A stretch of 64,000 nucleotides of DNA from Eledone cirrhosa (GCA_964016885.1 OZ024745.1:127720001-127784000), one strand, 5' to 3'; shown: positions 13,150 through 27,015, counted from the first letter of the stretch. A program made the numbers and translations. Notes: generated by a model from the letters alone, not told the origin.

Positions 13150-14254
13150 GTCTGTGTATGTGTGTGTATATACGCGTCACTGCGCGCGCGCGTGTGTGTG
13201 TATGTGTGTGTGTGTGTGTGTAAGTGTTTCTCTCTCTGTCTCTGTGTGTGGGTCTTTCTCTCTCGCTGTCTGTTTCTGTGTGTGTGTCAGTATGTGTGTG
13301 TTCCTGTGTGTCTCTGTGTGCGTGTGTGACTGTGAGTGAGTGAGTGAGTGAGTGAGTGTGTATGTGTGTTTGAGTGCGTGCGTGACTGTGTGTCAGTGTG
13401 TGTGTGTGTCTGAGTGTGTCTGAGTGCGCGTGTAACTGTGTGTGTGCGTGTGTGTTTCTGTAGATCTCTCACTCTCTCTCTTTCTTTCTCTCTCTCCCCC
13501 TATCTCCCCCTCTCTCTTTCTCTCTCTCTCTCTCTCACTCTTTCTCTCCCCCTCTCTCTCTCTTTCCCCATCTCCCTCTCTCTCTATTTCTCTCTCTCTC
13601 TCTCACTCTTTCTCTTTCTCCCTCTCCCTCTTTCCCTCTCTCTCTTTCTCTCTCTCTCTCACTCTTTCTCTCTCTCCCCTCTCTCCCCCCTTTCTCTTTC
13701 TTTCTCTCCCTTCTCTCCATCATCTCCCTCTCTCATTCTTTCTCCCTCTCCCCCCCTCTCCCCCTCTTTCTTTCTTTTTCTCCCTTCTCTCCACCATCTC
13801 TCTTTCTCATTCTTTCTCTCTTTCCCCTCCACCTCTCCCCCTCTCTCCCACCCCCACCCCCCTCTCTGTGTTTGTGTACGTTCCCGAACCGTACACAAAT
13901 ACGGTCAAAATAAGGAAGTGTAATTTTATTTTAGATACAAGGAAGACAAGGCAAAGAAGCCAACCAACGTTAGATTTCTAAATCTTTGACAGTAAATACT
14001 GTGATTACAAATTGTCGTCCAAACATTTAATTCTTCATAAACTCTGTAAAGCAATGATTTATGTCATGTGTTTGGCTCTAGTTATTACCCACCACCCAAC
14101 TTATTTTTACAAAGTGATTATCATTGTTAATTTTCTCGAGATACCAATTTCATTCATTCATTCTCTCTTTCTTTCTTTATTTTTCTTTCCTACTTTCTTT
14201 TTTCTTTTTTCTTTCTTTCTTTTTTCTTTCTTTCTTTTTTCTTTCTTTCTTTTT

Positions 14255-14325
<71 letters not shown>

Positions 14326-14334
14326 CTCTTTCTT

Positions 14335-14368
<34 letters not shown>

Positions 14369-14370
14369 GT
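13150..14370. repeat. Compound microsatellites (TG)n, (TC)n, (TTTC)n
   Basis: Direct reading; unique spacer at about 13880-14150. Confidence 0.9.
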
Positions 14371-15306
14371 TCACTTCCACTCAACCTCAATCTATCCACC
14401 GTATTAACCTTGCGAATCCATTTATAATTCATTAACCATTAAAACAAATTAGCATTTTGTTTTATGACTTGAAAAAAGAAAGAGAGCGTTTGTCAGTAAA
14501 AAAGAAGAGGCGCGCCTATTTACTACTAGATGGACTGAGCCATTCGCGAGATAAGTGTCTTAGCTGAAAAACACTCCATCCATGGCTCCTTTTTTTTGTA
14601 AAAATATCCCATCCTTATTTTGACTCAAATAACAATATCAGTTATGATTGGCAGTGATATATCTCCAGGCCTTATCCTCATAGTAGCTAATATTCCGCTG
14701 CTCTATATAGCCCTCGAGAAATTCAGCCCTATTACTGATCATGGCTTTCTTTCGTCTAATTTCATTCCAGATTGCTCAATCTATCAAATTACAGTTTTGC
14801 AAATAGACAGCTTTTAACTCCACTTATGTAGCAGATGTCTTTAATCTTGATTTCGTTATTTGAAGTTTTCATGACTGTAGCTTGTTTTTTTTTTTTCATT
14901 CTATTAGTCTGCTTATTTTGGTATTTCCTGGAGTGCATAATACATTAAGTCGGAATTTCAACATCGGATATCAGGATTTATTTAATCTTTAATTAAATGA
15001 AAAACATTGTTGTCTCTGATTGAGACGAAGCGAGATGTGTTTAAATACATATAAAAATGAGAAACCTCATGGCTAGAACAGCGGTTAAAACAGCCAAATG
15101 TTGTCAGAGACAGTGATGCGCAAATATGCCTCAAGGGACAGAGACCAACGACCAGGGTTTGACAAGCATATGAAATATAGAAAAGATTGAAAGATGTGGA
15201 GGGCAAGGAGAAGTTGGTGTACAGAAGTGACTGGAAGAAGGAAATAAAGAAAGGCAATGTACAAGACACACACACACACATATATATATATATACACACA
15301 CACACT

Positions 15307-15491
15307 ATAATTGTTTCTACTTTTGGCACAAGGCCAGCAATTACCCAGTGCATTACTGGTACTTTATTTTATCGACCCCGTAAGGATGAAAGGCAAAGTT
15401 AACCTAGGCGGGATTTGAACTCAGACCGTAAAGGGACGTAACTACGCTGGAAAGCATGGCGTCCGACTCTCTACCGATACTGCCAATCCAC
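15307..15491 (-). mobile_element. SINE family A
   Basis: Full-length match. Confidence 0.92.
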
Positions 15492-15500
15492 AACAACTTA

Positions 15501-15992
15501 ATAATCTAATCTAATCTAATCTGGCCGAGTTTACACTCGCAAATAAGAACCAAGGCCACCCCTAGGAGCATTGGATTTGGTGTTCTTCATATTTGTTTCG
15601 GTTGCTGAATACAATCAGGGGTCGCTGTTTCTCCTGAAGGTCAATAGTTCTCTTCTAACTCGAGCGGGAGCGCCTTTCCATTGTCAATTTGCATTGATCA
15701 TCTGCAAAGCCGCATTGTTCTCAGAACCACTACACCAGTATTTCGATGCGTGCAGCTGGAACTACTGTCACCCATTGATTTGGCAGGATTATTTTTTTTT
15801 AGATGGCCATTGACTTTTATGAGTTCCTCCGCCCTTTGTCAGGTTTTGTTTTTTGTCCTGCAGGGTGTCCAAAATCACCCTCTTCACCAAGTAAACTTGG
15901 TGGGACTGCCGGTTTACTCGCCGACGACCCGACCATGCTACAGGTTGTACTGAGTTACATGCTACCAGTAGCACTCTAGTGTGACCTGACAT
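15501..15992 (-). mobile_element. Non-coding interspersed element (probable non-autonomous RTE derivative), copy 2
   Basis: Head similar to 4497-4690; ends in (GATTA)n tail. Confidence 0.55.
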
Positions 15993-16100
15993 AAATTTAA
16001 TGGTGTATAAATATTAAGATTTAAAGTAATTTATTCACAAAAAAAAAAATGAAACTAACAAACAAAACAAAAGAAATGACAATTTTCTTTTTTTCGTAAA

Positions 16101-16396
16101 GTGGTTAGAATGTCTCAGGAAAGAATCGCTGGACAGATTTTACGGGCAAAACCAGCCGGCCGGAGACCCAGGGGTATGTCTGGAGCAAGATGGTTGGATA
16201 ACATCCATGAGCTTGGCTGGTCTTGCTTAGAGATCCACTCGAATCAGTTGGAGATAGTTGCTTCTGACAGGACCCAGTGGAAGGAGTGATTGAATACTCT
16301 TCCACCCCACCCACCCCCACACGACCCTTTTAGGAATAAGTGGGCGAAGAAGAAGAAGAAGAAGAAGAAGAAGAAGAAGAAGAAGAAGAAGAAGAC
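16101..16396 (+). mobile_element. RTE-clade LINE 3' end with (GAA)n tail
   Basis: VRMSQERIAGQILRAKPAGRRPRG..RWLDNI..VASDRTQW resembles the RTE ORF2 C-terminus; tandem-repeat tail. Confidence 0.8.
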
Positions 16397-18609
16397 GATG
16401 TTTTTACCGGTTTGGTTTTAAATTTCTGAAAATGAGCCGAGGCTTGTAACAGAGAAACGAAACTAATTCTAATTTGCGATTGGGAATGTTTACATCACTT
16501 TTTCTCATGTAAACATAGCTGACAAACATTCCTCTGTTTGGTGTAGATAAAATTTTATCGCTTTCTATAAAAGTTTTCAATTTCTGGATTTAAATTCTAA
16601 ACATGGACAAAGCGGAGTATTAAAGGAATCTTTAGGTTGGTCATATTCCTGTTTGAAGTGACACTGTTAGACATATATAAATTCTTAACAGATGACTCAT
16701 TGTTTTTTATTATCACCTTTCCATGACATACGATGGAACTAGCTGAACAAATTCCATGCATATTTATTTTTGTTGAATAATTGATTTGAAATTGTTGCTA
16801 TTATTGATGATGAATTAGCAAAAGTTGTTCAGTGGCGGACTAAATGTCATATTACAATGTGATTTCATATATCATCAGAGTTAACGTTTCATTTCAAACT
16901 TGCGTGCTATGTTTATTCTCAACTGTACCTGCAATGACATATTTTACATAGTAAAGTGTACTCCAATAAACCGAAGGCAGTGAGCTAAAATGTTATAAAT
17001 TGTTAAAATTAGACTCTTGTAAAAAAGAAACAAATCATTATCTTAATGATTAATTCTGGTCAAGTAAGACAAGGGAGACAGCTGTGAAAAATAAATCATT
17101 TAAAATTAATTAAAACTACAATTAAATTAATAAAATAAAAATGCAGTGTGGGATAAATCTGAAGCTCAACAGTAAACATGTTGGTTATATTTAGGCTTTA
17201 TTAAAGTTCTTAGGCGAAGCATAGTCTAGCCCTATTTGCCAAATCTTAGAATGACGAGAGATAATGTATTGGATTTTAATGAATGAACACGGATGGAGTG
17301 TAATGAGGTACTGATTCATGGTTTACCAAACACATACGGGTTTATGGAAGACATCGTTGACCCCCGGAAAGATTTGAACTCGAAACAGCAAGGAGCAAGG
17401 ATACGAAATTAGATAAAATAAAGCATCTGGAAAAACAGTTTGCACCAAAATCCCGAAAGGCCAACGAGCATTATCCACCAAAATTTAACGATTCTGACAA
17501 GGAATCGAAACTGGGGCGCGGATTCGGTTCACCGAAAGATTATCACCGCAACGGCAACTCTTTTCTGCTACTGCCATTATTATAATATAATTAACACAAT
17601 TGTTCATCTTCTCGGGATTCCGACCTATTTTTCTTCTTTCTTTTCTTTCATCTCTACCTCCACCCGACCGACCTCCAATAACTGTCTGTCTCACCTCGCC
17701 ACCCCATTAGTTTTCCCTAGTGCTATATATCTTTACTTCGTTCAACCTTCTTTGCCACCTCCTCCGCCTCCTCCTTCTGATGTCCCTTTATCTTCTTTCA
17801 TTTCCACATCTGACACCCCACATTTATAATCACGGGTCACTGACCACGATTGAAGGAGGATATAGCAATTGTACTGGTTAACCTGCTTCTGAAATAATAA
17901 TAAAAAAAACCCTTCTACGCCTCACCTCCGCTTTTCCTCTCCCCCTTTTCTGCTTATCATTGTTAGTTTATCTACAATTCATGGTCTTACTCTCTTTCTT
18001 TCTCTCCCTATTTCTCTCTCTCTCTCTGTCTCTCAGAAGGGCAGACAGATAAAGAGATAGGAGCAACATATAGTAAGACATAAGTAGGCCATATAGACCT
18101 ACTTACAACGTTAGCCCCACAAATACCTCTCTTTAAGGTATGTGTACACATCCATTCATCCATGCCCCTATTTATTCATTCATACATACGTACACACACA
18201 CATATATGCGTACATACATACATAATACATGCATACGTATATACATACATCCGTACATAGTTACATATGTACATGGTGGCTGCCAACTCGTTTTCGAGTA
18301 CGGCCACTACTTTATATCAATGTAGGAGAACCCTTACCGATGCGCTGAACGAGTGTGACTTTTTAGTCCAGCCAGCGACTTGAAAACTCTGATACAAACA
18401 CTACACTTGTGACAATTATTGACACATAGTGCTGGGCCCATGGTACCATGTGACGACAGGTGCAGAGAGATCTCCATATACAAAGCAATGACTGTGCCGT
18501 GAAGCTTTTATAGTGAGCAAAGGCACTGCACAAAGCCAGTCCCACTCTCTTAACCAAGATGATATTTACCAAAAAGAAGAACATGTCAACATCATTGGAT
18601 ACCATCATA

Positions 18610-19125
18610 TGTACATACATACGTTTATACATACATATACATGCTTAAGATATATTCATACGTACGTACATACATACATTCATACGTACATACATACATA
18701 CGTAATGTATATATAAACATACATACATATATAATACATATATGCATACAAAGTATAGATAATGGTATATACAAAATAACGTATATACACACGTACATAT
18801 GTATGTATTCATGTATATATTTATATATGCATGTATATATGTATGCATGTATGCATGTATGTATATATGTATGTATATATGCATGCATGTATATATACAT
18901 GCATGTAAGCATGTATGTATGAATGTATGTATATATGCAGATATACATACATTCATACGTACATGCTTACATGCATGTATACATACATGCATATATACAT
19001 ACATGCATGCATATATACATACATACATATATATATATATACATAGATGCATACACATATATATATATACATGCATATGTACGTGCGTATATACGTTATT
19101 TCGTATATACCATTATCTATACTTT

Positions 19126-19176
<51 letters not shown>

Positions 19177-19480
19177 TCCCACATGCATCCTTTAACCCAC
19201 AAACCACACATGTATCTCCATGTTTACATACATGCATGTGTACATACATGCATGCATATATACATGCATACATATATACATACATGCATACCTGCATACA
19301 TACATATATACATGCATATATAAAAATATACACGAATACATACATATGTACGTGCGTATATACGTTATTTCGTATATACCATTATCTATACTTTTATATA
19401 TACATATATATATATACACATATTCCCACATGCATCCACAACCACAACCACAAACCACACATGTATCTCCACACCTACTA
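18610..19480. repeat. (TACA/TGCA)-rich tract containing an inverted and a tandem duplication
   Basis: Unique 45-mer at 19079-19127 and 19348-19396, inverted at 18750-18796. Confidence 0.8.
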
Positions 19481-19644
19481 CCATATACTTATATGTACAA
19501 CTATTACCCGTCTATACACAAGATACAAACGCACCTCACTATCAATACTAAAGCTTGTGAAATACGTACCTACACACATGAAGGCTGTCAGCTCGGTTTT
19601 GAGAGTGACAAAACCCTTGATCTGTGTCGAAGATTTTTACACCT

Positions 19645-20490
19645 GTCTGCCTATTTACCTACCCCCTATCTACCTATCTACCTACCTGCCTGTTTACCTA
19701 CCTACCTACCTACCTACCTACCTACCTACCTACCTACCTACCTACCTACCTACCTACCTACCTACCTACCTACCTACCTACCTACTTACCTACCTACCTA
19801 CCTACCTACCAACCTACGTACCTACTTACCTACCTACCTACCTACCTACCTACCTACCTACCTACCTACCTACCTACCTACCTACCTACCTACCTACCTA
19901 CCTACCTACCTACCTACCTACCTACCTACCTACCTACCTATCTACCTACCTATCTACTTATGTATGTACGTACGAACCTACCTACCTACAATACATCTAC
20001 ACCAATTACCTACCTATTAATCAATTTACCAATCAACCTACCTTCCTACCTACCTATATATCTACCAAGATACCAACCTACCTACAAATCAACTTACCAA
20101 CTGACCTATTACCTACTTACCTACCTATTTATCTACCAAGATACCAACCTACCTCCCTACATACCTACCCACCAATCAACTTACCAACAAACCTACCTAC
20201 CTACCTATCTGCCTAACTACCAAGATACTAACCTACCTACCAATTAACTTACCAACCAGCCTACTTACCTACCTATTTACCAAGATACCAATACCTACCT
20301 ATCAACCAAGATACCAACCAACCTACCTCCCTACTTAACTACCTACCAATTAACTTACCAACCAACCAACCAACCAACCAACCTACCTACGTACTAATAA
20401 ACTTACCAACCTACATACCTACCTACCAATTAACTTACCAACCACCCTACTTATCTACTCACCTACGTTCACCTCTATCTCACCTACTTC
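19645..20490. repeat. (CCTA)n microsatellite, degenerate distally
   Basis: Direct reading. Confidence 0.95.
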
Positions 20491-20828
20491 AGTCCCAGAA
20501 ACTTTGTAGAATTAATGATGCTATTTCAATGAACAAGAAAATAAGAGTAAACTTCAGTCGAAAGAGAAGAATATGGCGCTGAAGGTTCTCAACATAAAAC
20601 AGCTATATCGTCCACAACTATTTAGTGAGCTGTTTTATTTTTGATCATTAGGTGCTCCTCTGTATAAAAGTGCCTCAACGGAGTATTGATTCTTCCCCTG
20701 TAATCAACAGCAACGGTGGTTTTCTTTCAACTTTGACTTGTACATGTCTGTATTTTCTGTAAGCCTTTGATTATTTTAATGCGTGAGTTTAAAGGTAATC
20801 AGTTATGTTTGTGTTATAGTATAGACCT

Positions 20829-21528
20829 ATGTCAACCAACGTCTATTTATGTGTTCAAGTGTCTGTTAGTGTATAGCTCTGTCGGTGTATAAGTTTTTCT
20901 CTATATGTACCAAATAGAGGATTAGAAAATGTATGAGAGGATGCATGAATGATCAAAATATCGAAGCTTCAACGCTTTAAGCCAGGCATGGGCAATCTTT
21001 TTCGAGAAGCGGGCCGCATGAGATATGTCTCATCATCAGGCGGGCCGCAAGCGCTAATTTACATTCGTGCCCACATTAAAAAAAAGGGCGGTAACTCAGG
21101 TTGTTTTGATTTGTTTCTTCAGAATTCGTACACGTTGTTTTCCTCGATCGTAAAAATGATAGAAAGATAAATTACGACTGAAAAGTTGAGGTAAAAAAAT
21201 CAGAAAGATTTCACTTAGGTGACTTAGGCGAGCCATTCAGAAAGCTGCGCGGGCCACAGGTTGCCCGTGACTGTTTTAACCCATTCATATAAGAGAATAA
21301 GGAGCCCTTCCTTCTGGCACCACATGTCAACCAACGTCTATTATAAATAGACGTGTTTAAGTGTTTGTTAATGTATGGATCTGTCGGTGTATGAGTGTTT
21401 GGGTATATGCATCTATGAGAGAATTAGAAAATGCATGAACGGATGCACGCATGATCAAAATATCGAAGCTTCAACGCTTTAAGCCATTTATATAAGAGAA
21501 TAAGGAGTCCTTCCTTCTGGCACCACAT
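20829..21528. repeat. Tandem duplication of a ~200-bp unit; first unit carries a MITE
   Basis: ATGTCAACCAACGTCTATT..CCTTCCTTCTGGCACCAC occurs twice. Confidence 0.85.
20983..21273. mobile_element. hAT MITE
   Basis: Ends CAGGCATGGGCAA..TTGCCCGTGACTG, internal GCGGGCCGCA repeats, 8-bp TSD CTTTAAGC/TTTTAACC; empty site at about 21477-21484. Confidence 0.88.
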
Positions 21529-21923
21529 AGAAGGGAATACATTCACACACACACACATACAACATTGTTGCTGATTCATTTATAATGTGAGTCACTAGTA
21601 TGAAATATTATGAGCCTTCTAATTAGTTTAATTTCGTCTTCTACCCTTAACACTTGTTATCATATGTTTTTTTTTCATGATAATTAGGAGCAAAAAAATA
21701 CAGTTACTTTTATGTATAATACATACATATACACAAACACCCACTCACATATACACCTATAGATTAATAGACACGTGAACACATAAATACCCACTTACAC
21801 ACGATGGTACATGCATGATTATATTAAAGTGTAAACGCGATTACCTTCAAACACAGGCACTAAGAAATCACACGCTCACAGAAAAAAACACACGTGCATA
21901 TGTATATCAAGAAAATGTATATT

Positions 21924-22017
<94 letters not shown>

Positions 22018-22044
22018 TATATCTATATATATTCATAAATACAT

Positions 22045-22091
<47 letters not shown>

Positions 22092-22094
<3 letters not shown>

Positions 22095-22978
22095 AGGGAG
22101 TGTAACTTGGAGTTACTGTAAGCTCACCCAGGTGAGCACTCGATGTTTAGGTTCACTTCAGTGTCGAGGTGTAGAGCTAGACAGAGTGTAGTATAGGGAA
22201 ATTACATTACGTTTATTGGTTGGTGGCGCGCGTTTCGCCACTGGAAAAGCCACTCCAACTTGTGGGGCTCACACCTGCGGCTGCTAATGGGAATGAAAAG
22301 ATCTACTCACTAGTTGAGCAATCCAACATGAAAGACGTAAAATAAGAAAATATAAAAATTAACTTACTTACTAAAATTTCACTCCAACTAATTAGTTTCT
22401 GAAAGGGAATAAACATGGTTTCCAAATGGAAAGCATGGAGAAGCCGTTTCGTCATCAGGAAGTCTGTTCTCAGCTAAGTTACCAGGCGATGCGTGGACAC
22501 AGAGAACTTATACAAAAATAATTCAGTGGATGGAAAAAAGCAAGCGTGGACTAAATTCCAAGACATTGAAAAAATCACTGCCTACTTGGTCGGTGGCAAA
22601 TTCATAAGAATCAATCACGTGACATCGAGGTTAATCAGTGAGGAGTGGGGTGTTAAAAAGACAGTAACCGAGCCATTTCTATGAACTATAGTAGCAGTTT
22701 TGGCAAATTTTTGCTCAACAAAATAATTTGGAGATAATTATAAAGAATTAGTATATCTACCAACATATATATATACAGATGCATACCTATGCTAGCAAAT
22801 ATATAGGTTTTGTCTTAGTAACTTTGTGGTTCAATGCAAGGGGATGCAGAACAATTATATGAAAGACGTTAAATAAGAAAAGTATAAAAATTAACTTACT
22901 TACTAAAATTTCACTCCAACTAATTAGTTTCTGAAAGGGAATAAACATGGTTTCCATTTGGAAACCATGTTTATTCCT
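22092..22978 (-). mobile_element. Probable PLE-derived fragment with ~105-bp direct repeat and terminal hairpin
   Basis: Repeat at 22328-22435 and 22859-22965; collapsed core CTGATGACGAAAC on - strand at 22446-22458; GAGCACTCGATG at 22134-22145; starts at (TA)n. Confidence 0.55.
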
Positions 22979-23378
22979 TTGTTGGTGTGTATATGTATAT
23001 ATATAGAAGTGTTGGTGTGTATATATATAGAAGTGTTGGTGTGTATATATATATAGAAGTGTTGGTGTATATATATATATAGAAGTGTTGGTGTGTATAT
23101 ATATAGAAGTGTTGGTATATATATATAGAAGTGTTGGTGTGTATATATATATAGAAGTGTTGGTGTATATATATATATAGAAGTGTTGGTGTGTATATAT
23201 ATAGAAGTGTTGGTATATATATATAGAAGTGTTGGTGTGTATATATATAGAAGTGTTGGTGTATATATATATAGAAGTGTTGGTGTGTATATATATATAG
23301 AAGTGTTGGTGTGTATATATATAGAAGTGTTGGTATATATATATAGAAGTGTTGGTGTGTATATATATAGAAGTGTTG

Positions 23379-23430
<52 letters not shown>

Positions 23431-23600
23431 GTGTTGGTGTGTATATATATATATAGAAGTGTTGGTGTGTATATATATATAGAAGTGTTGCTGTGTATAT
23501 ATATAGAAGTGTTGGTATGTATATATATATAGAAGTGTTCGTGTATATATATATAAAAGTGTTGGTGTGTATATATATATATAGAAGTGTTGTGTGTGTG
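22979..23600. repeat. Minisatellite GAAGTGTTGGT(GT)n(AT)nA, unit about 20-28 bp
   Basis: About 25 tandem units. Confidence 0.95.
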
Positions 23601-23689
23601 TATAAGTGTTTCTTAGAGTATATGTCAGGGAGAATGTATATACGTAGATAATGTGTATACGTGCATAAGTGTATGTAAGTATGTTATCG

Positions 23690-24115
23690 AGAATGTGCAT
23701 ATGTACATATGTGTATCTACGTATGTTATTGAGTATGTGCATATGTGCATATGTGCATTTGTGTATGTGTATATATATATGTGCATTTGTGTATATATGC
23801 ATATGTGCATATGTGCATATGTACATATGTGTATATGTCTATATGTGCATATGTGCATATGTGGATATGTACATATGTACATATGTGCATATGTGCATAT
23901 GTGTATGTGTGTATATGTGCATATGTGCATATGTTTATATGTGCACATGTGCATATGTGCATATGTGCATATGTATATATGTGCATATGTGCATATGTGT
24001 ATATGTGCATATGTGCATATGTTTATATGTGCATATGTGCACATGTGCATATGTGTATATGTGTATATGTGAATATGTGTATATATGTATATGTGTATAT
24101 GCGCATATGTGCATC
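23690..24115. repeat. (ATATGTGC)n octamer satellite
   Basis: Direct reading. Confidence 0.92.
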
Positions 24116-24527
24116 TACATGTTCTTTTGTTTATACTAGCTCAAACAAATTGTATTTGATTTTTGGAGTGTCAGCTGTCAATGTCACAGAAACGATCATC
24201 AGTAGCAACATAGCATCATTTAATGTGATGTAATGTATAATGAGGAGTAGGAGGGAAGTAAGGAAACAGGTGGGGGTGTTGTAGAATAGTTTGTAAGGTA
24301 GAGATGTAAGGAGAGAGAGAGAGGGGGGGGGAGAGGAGAGAGAGAGAGGGAGGCGAATGAGAGAGGGGAAAATGGTAGGGAGAGGGAGAAGGGAGAGATT
24401 ACGAGAGAGGGTAAGATGGGGAGAGAGAGTGAGGGAGAGAGAGTGAGGGAGAGAGAGAGAGATAGAGAGAGAAAGAAAATGATAGTGAGAAAGAAAGAGA
24501 GAAGTGAGAGATTAAGATATATCTATA

Positions 24528-24599
<72 letters not shown>

Positions 24600-24810
24600 C
24601 GACTGAAGTGTCATAAACTGTAAGTGTGGAAAAACCACGAGAAACATTGACCTACACATGGATAACGAGAGATGTAGCGCTAGAGCAGAAAGCTGCTAAG
24701 CTGGAGATAATATTGTACAACGTAGGAGTGAAGAAACAGGAGTAATTTACGAAAGGTTGTAAAAATCTGTGGACTGATCAAATGAAACCTGAGAAGACTA
24801 TGTTTCGTTG

Positions 24811-25153
24811 TATGTATGTATGGTTCCGTAACTGCTGATAGAGTCGAAGGGGCGCCGTATCGACATACGGCAATTCTTGGGCAAATTAAGACAGATGGAG
24901 CCCATCCCTCTCCAGGCCTGAGTACAGCAGATTTTTTCCAGAGAAATATAGAAAGTGAGAAAGAGGAAATGAGAAAGAGATATAGAGGAAGAATTGACTC
25001 CAGTATTAGACTGGTACTTTTTTTATCGACCTCGAAATGATGAAAGGCAAAGTTGACATCAGTGGGATTTGTACTGAGAGAGCAGAGAGCCGGAACGACT
25101 TTCATAAAGCGTTCTATCTGACGTTCTAACGACTCTGCCAATTCGCCGCCTTA
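24811..25153 (-). mobile_element. Chimeric SINE: family-A-like head and core with a different 3' tail ending (CATA)n
   Basis: 12-bp TSD TATGTTTCGTTG at 24799-24810 and 25154-25165 encloses both parts. Confidence 0.75.
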
Positions 25154-25851
25154 TATGTTTCGTTGATGAGGTCTAAAACAATCGAAACATATTCGTAGTT
25201 GTCACTTCTCCTCCCTAAACATGAACATTCGATTTTCCATGAAGTTAAATTTTAGTTTCTTGATATTATTTAATTTTTTCTTTGCTAAGAGTTTCCCTTT
25301 TGTTTTTGTTTTCTTTATCCGACTAAAAGTAGATTTGAATGTATTTATCATGTTATGCGCATGTCATTCAGTACATCACCTACCCATCTTAATGATCTAA
25401 AACCATGTCATGGATTCACTTGAGTCATTTCCCTTAGCCTACTTTTTGTAACTATCCAAAAATCTTCTTTTTTTTGCAACTAGTCAAAATTCCGCTTCAC
25501 ACATTTTCAGCTAATAGAAATTCTTTGTACATTGATCAAAGCAGCGGTTTTCGTGAACTGAATTAAAGAAAAAAAAATGACTCTAGCTGACAACTCAGTT
25601 GCTAAGAGATTGAATCACCCCCATCATCACCATAAGCAAATTCACTTCTCACTGAATCTACTGTAGATACTCGTAGATAAGTCACAATTTTTAACGCAAA
25701 AAAAAAAAAAATATGGGCGTAGCATAAGTAAGCAACATTTTTACCAAACATTGCTCTGATTTTGAAATTGCACGAAACAAAATTTATCCATGTGTGCCAA
25801 GCATTATCTATTGGCCGGCTGTAGAGCTAATTCCTATTAGATGTTACATAT

Positions 25852-26060
25852 ATTGGTTTCTTATATAGGCACAAGTCCAGCAATTTTTGGGGAAGGGGAA
25901 GTCGATTAAATCGACCCCAGTGCGTAACTGGTATTTTTATTTTATCCACCCCGTAAGGATGAAAGACAAAGTTAACATCGGCGGGATTTGAACTCAGATC
26001 ATAAAGGGCCGTACCTCTATGCTGCAAAGTATGGCGTCCGGCCCTCTACCGATACTGCAA
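25852..26060 (-). mobile_element. SINE family A, long form
   Basis: Family match. Confidence 0.9.
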
Positions 26061-26650
26061 TTATCAGTAATTTAGTAGTGGGGGAGTCAGTTGCATCGGT
26101 TAATTTGTTTCTTTAAGGCATAACAACATATATCTGTGATATCTAGGGTTACACACCTTTGTCACATGGTTCAGCCTCTGCTTGTTATTATTTTAGCTAA
26201 ATATTTTCTTTATATATAAACACTCTCGAAAGTGAAGTTGCAAGAAGTATTTCTGAAAAGATGTAAGGGTCAAAGGGCTGGAGTTAAAATATCATAAACA
26301 CAAAGCAGGTGTGACTTACTTAATACTGTTACTCATATATGAGTGCATACGGTAATTCTAATTTTTTATAAATTATCTCAGCCTTTCTTTGAGAATCACA
26401 AACAATTGCTTCTAGGTTTTTGTTCTCTTCCTCCAAATTTTAATTAGGATTCCTTGCAAACGTCATTGAGACACAAACATCTGCCTGACATATTGAATTA
26501 TTTAGCTCAATGTAGATAGAAACAGAGAGAGAGAGAAAGAAAGACTTATATATAGGCAAACAGATATACCGATAAACATATACACATATATACAGACACA
26601 TACAGACACACATACATATTTGCAGCCATACATTTATATACAGACAACCC

Positions 26651-26686
<36 letters not shown>

Positions 26687-26708
26687 CTGTATATATATAT
26701 ATATATAT

Positions 26709-26896
26709 ATAGGAACAAGTAAGACCCCGACGGCTGAGCTCAAGCCGTTTCGACGGCTAATTCCGGATTAGCCGTCGAAACGGCTTGAGCTCAGCCGTCG
26801 GGGTCTTACTTGTTCCTATTACCCACTCTACTACCCTAAGTATTGAGTACTTTGGTGCGTTATGGTCCACCTGGTTCCTTACCACATTTCCTTCGT

Positions 26897-26951
<55 letters not shown>

Positions 26952-27015
26952 CGAAGGAAATGTGGTAAGGAACCAGGTGGACCATAACGCACCAAAGTAC
27001 TCAATACTTAGGGTA
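26709..27015. mobile_element. Fold-back element family A' with two inversions
   Basis: Perfect arms 26709-26761 and 26767-26819; tail 26832-26897 mirrored at 26950-27015 across a (TA)n tract. Confidence 0.88.

Noticed and set aside
17440-17830. Locally CpG-richer unique segment and 129-aa ORF, possible promoter or 5' exon
   Set aside because: No recognisable protein or diagnostic promoter motif
19047-20247. 389-aa YLPT-repeat ORF
   Set aside because: (CCTA)n microsatellite translation
22979-23600. CRISPR-like regularly spaced repeats
   Set aside because: Intervening sequence is only variable (AT)n, not unique spacers; eukaryotic context; no cas genes
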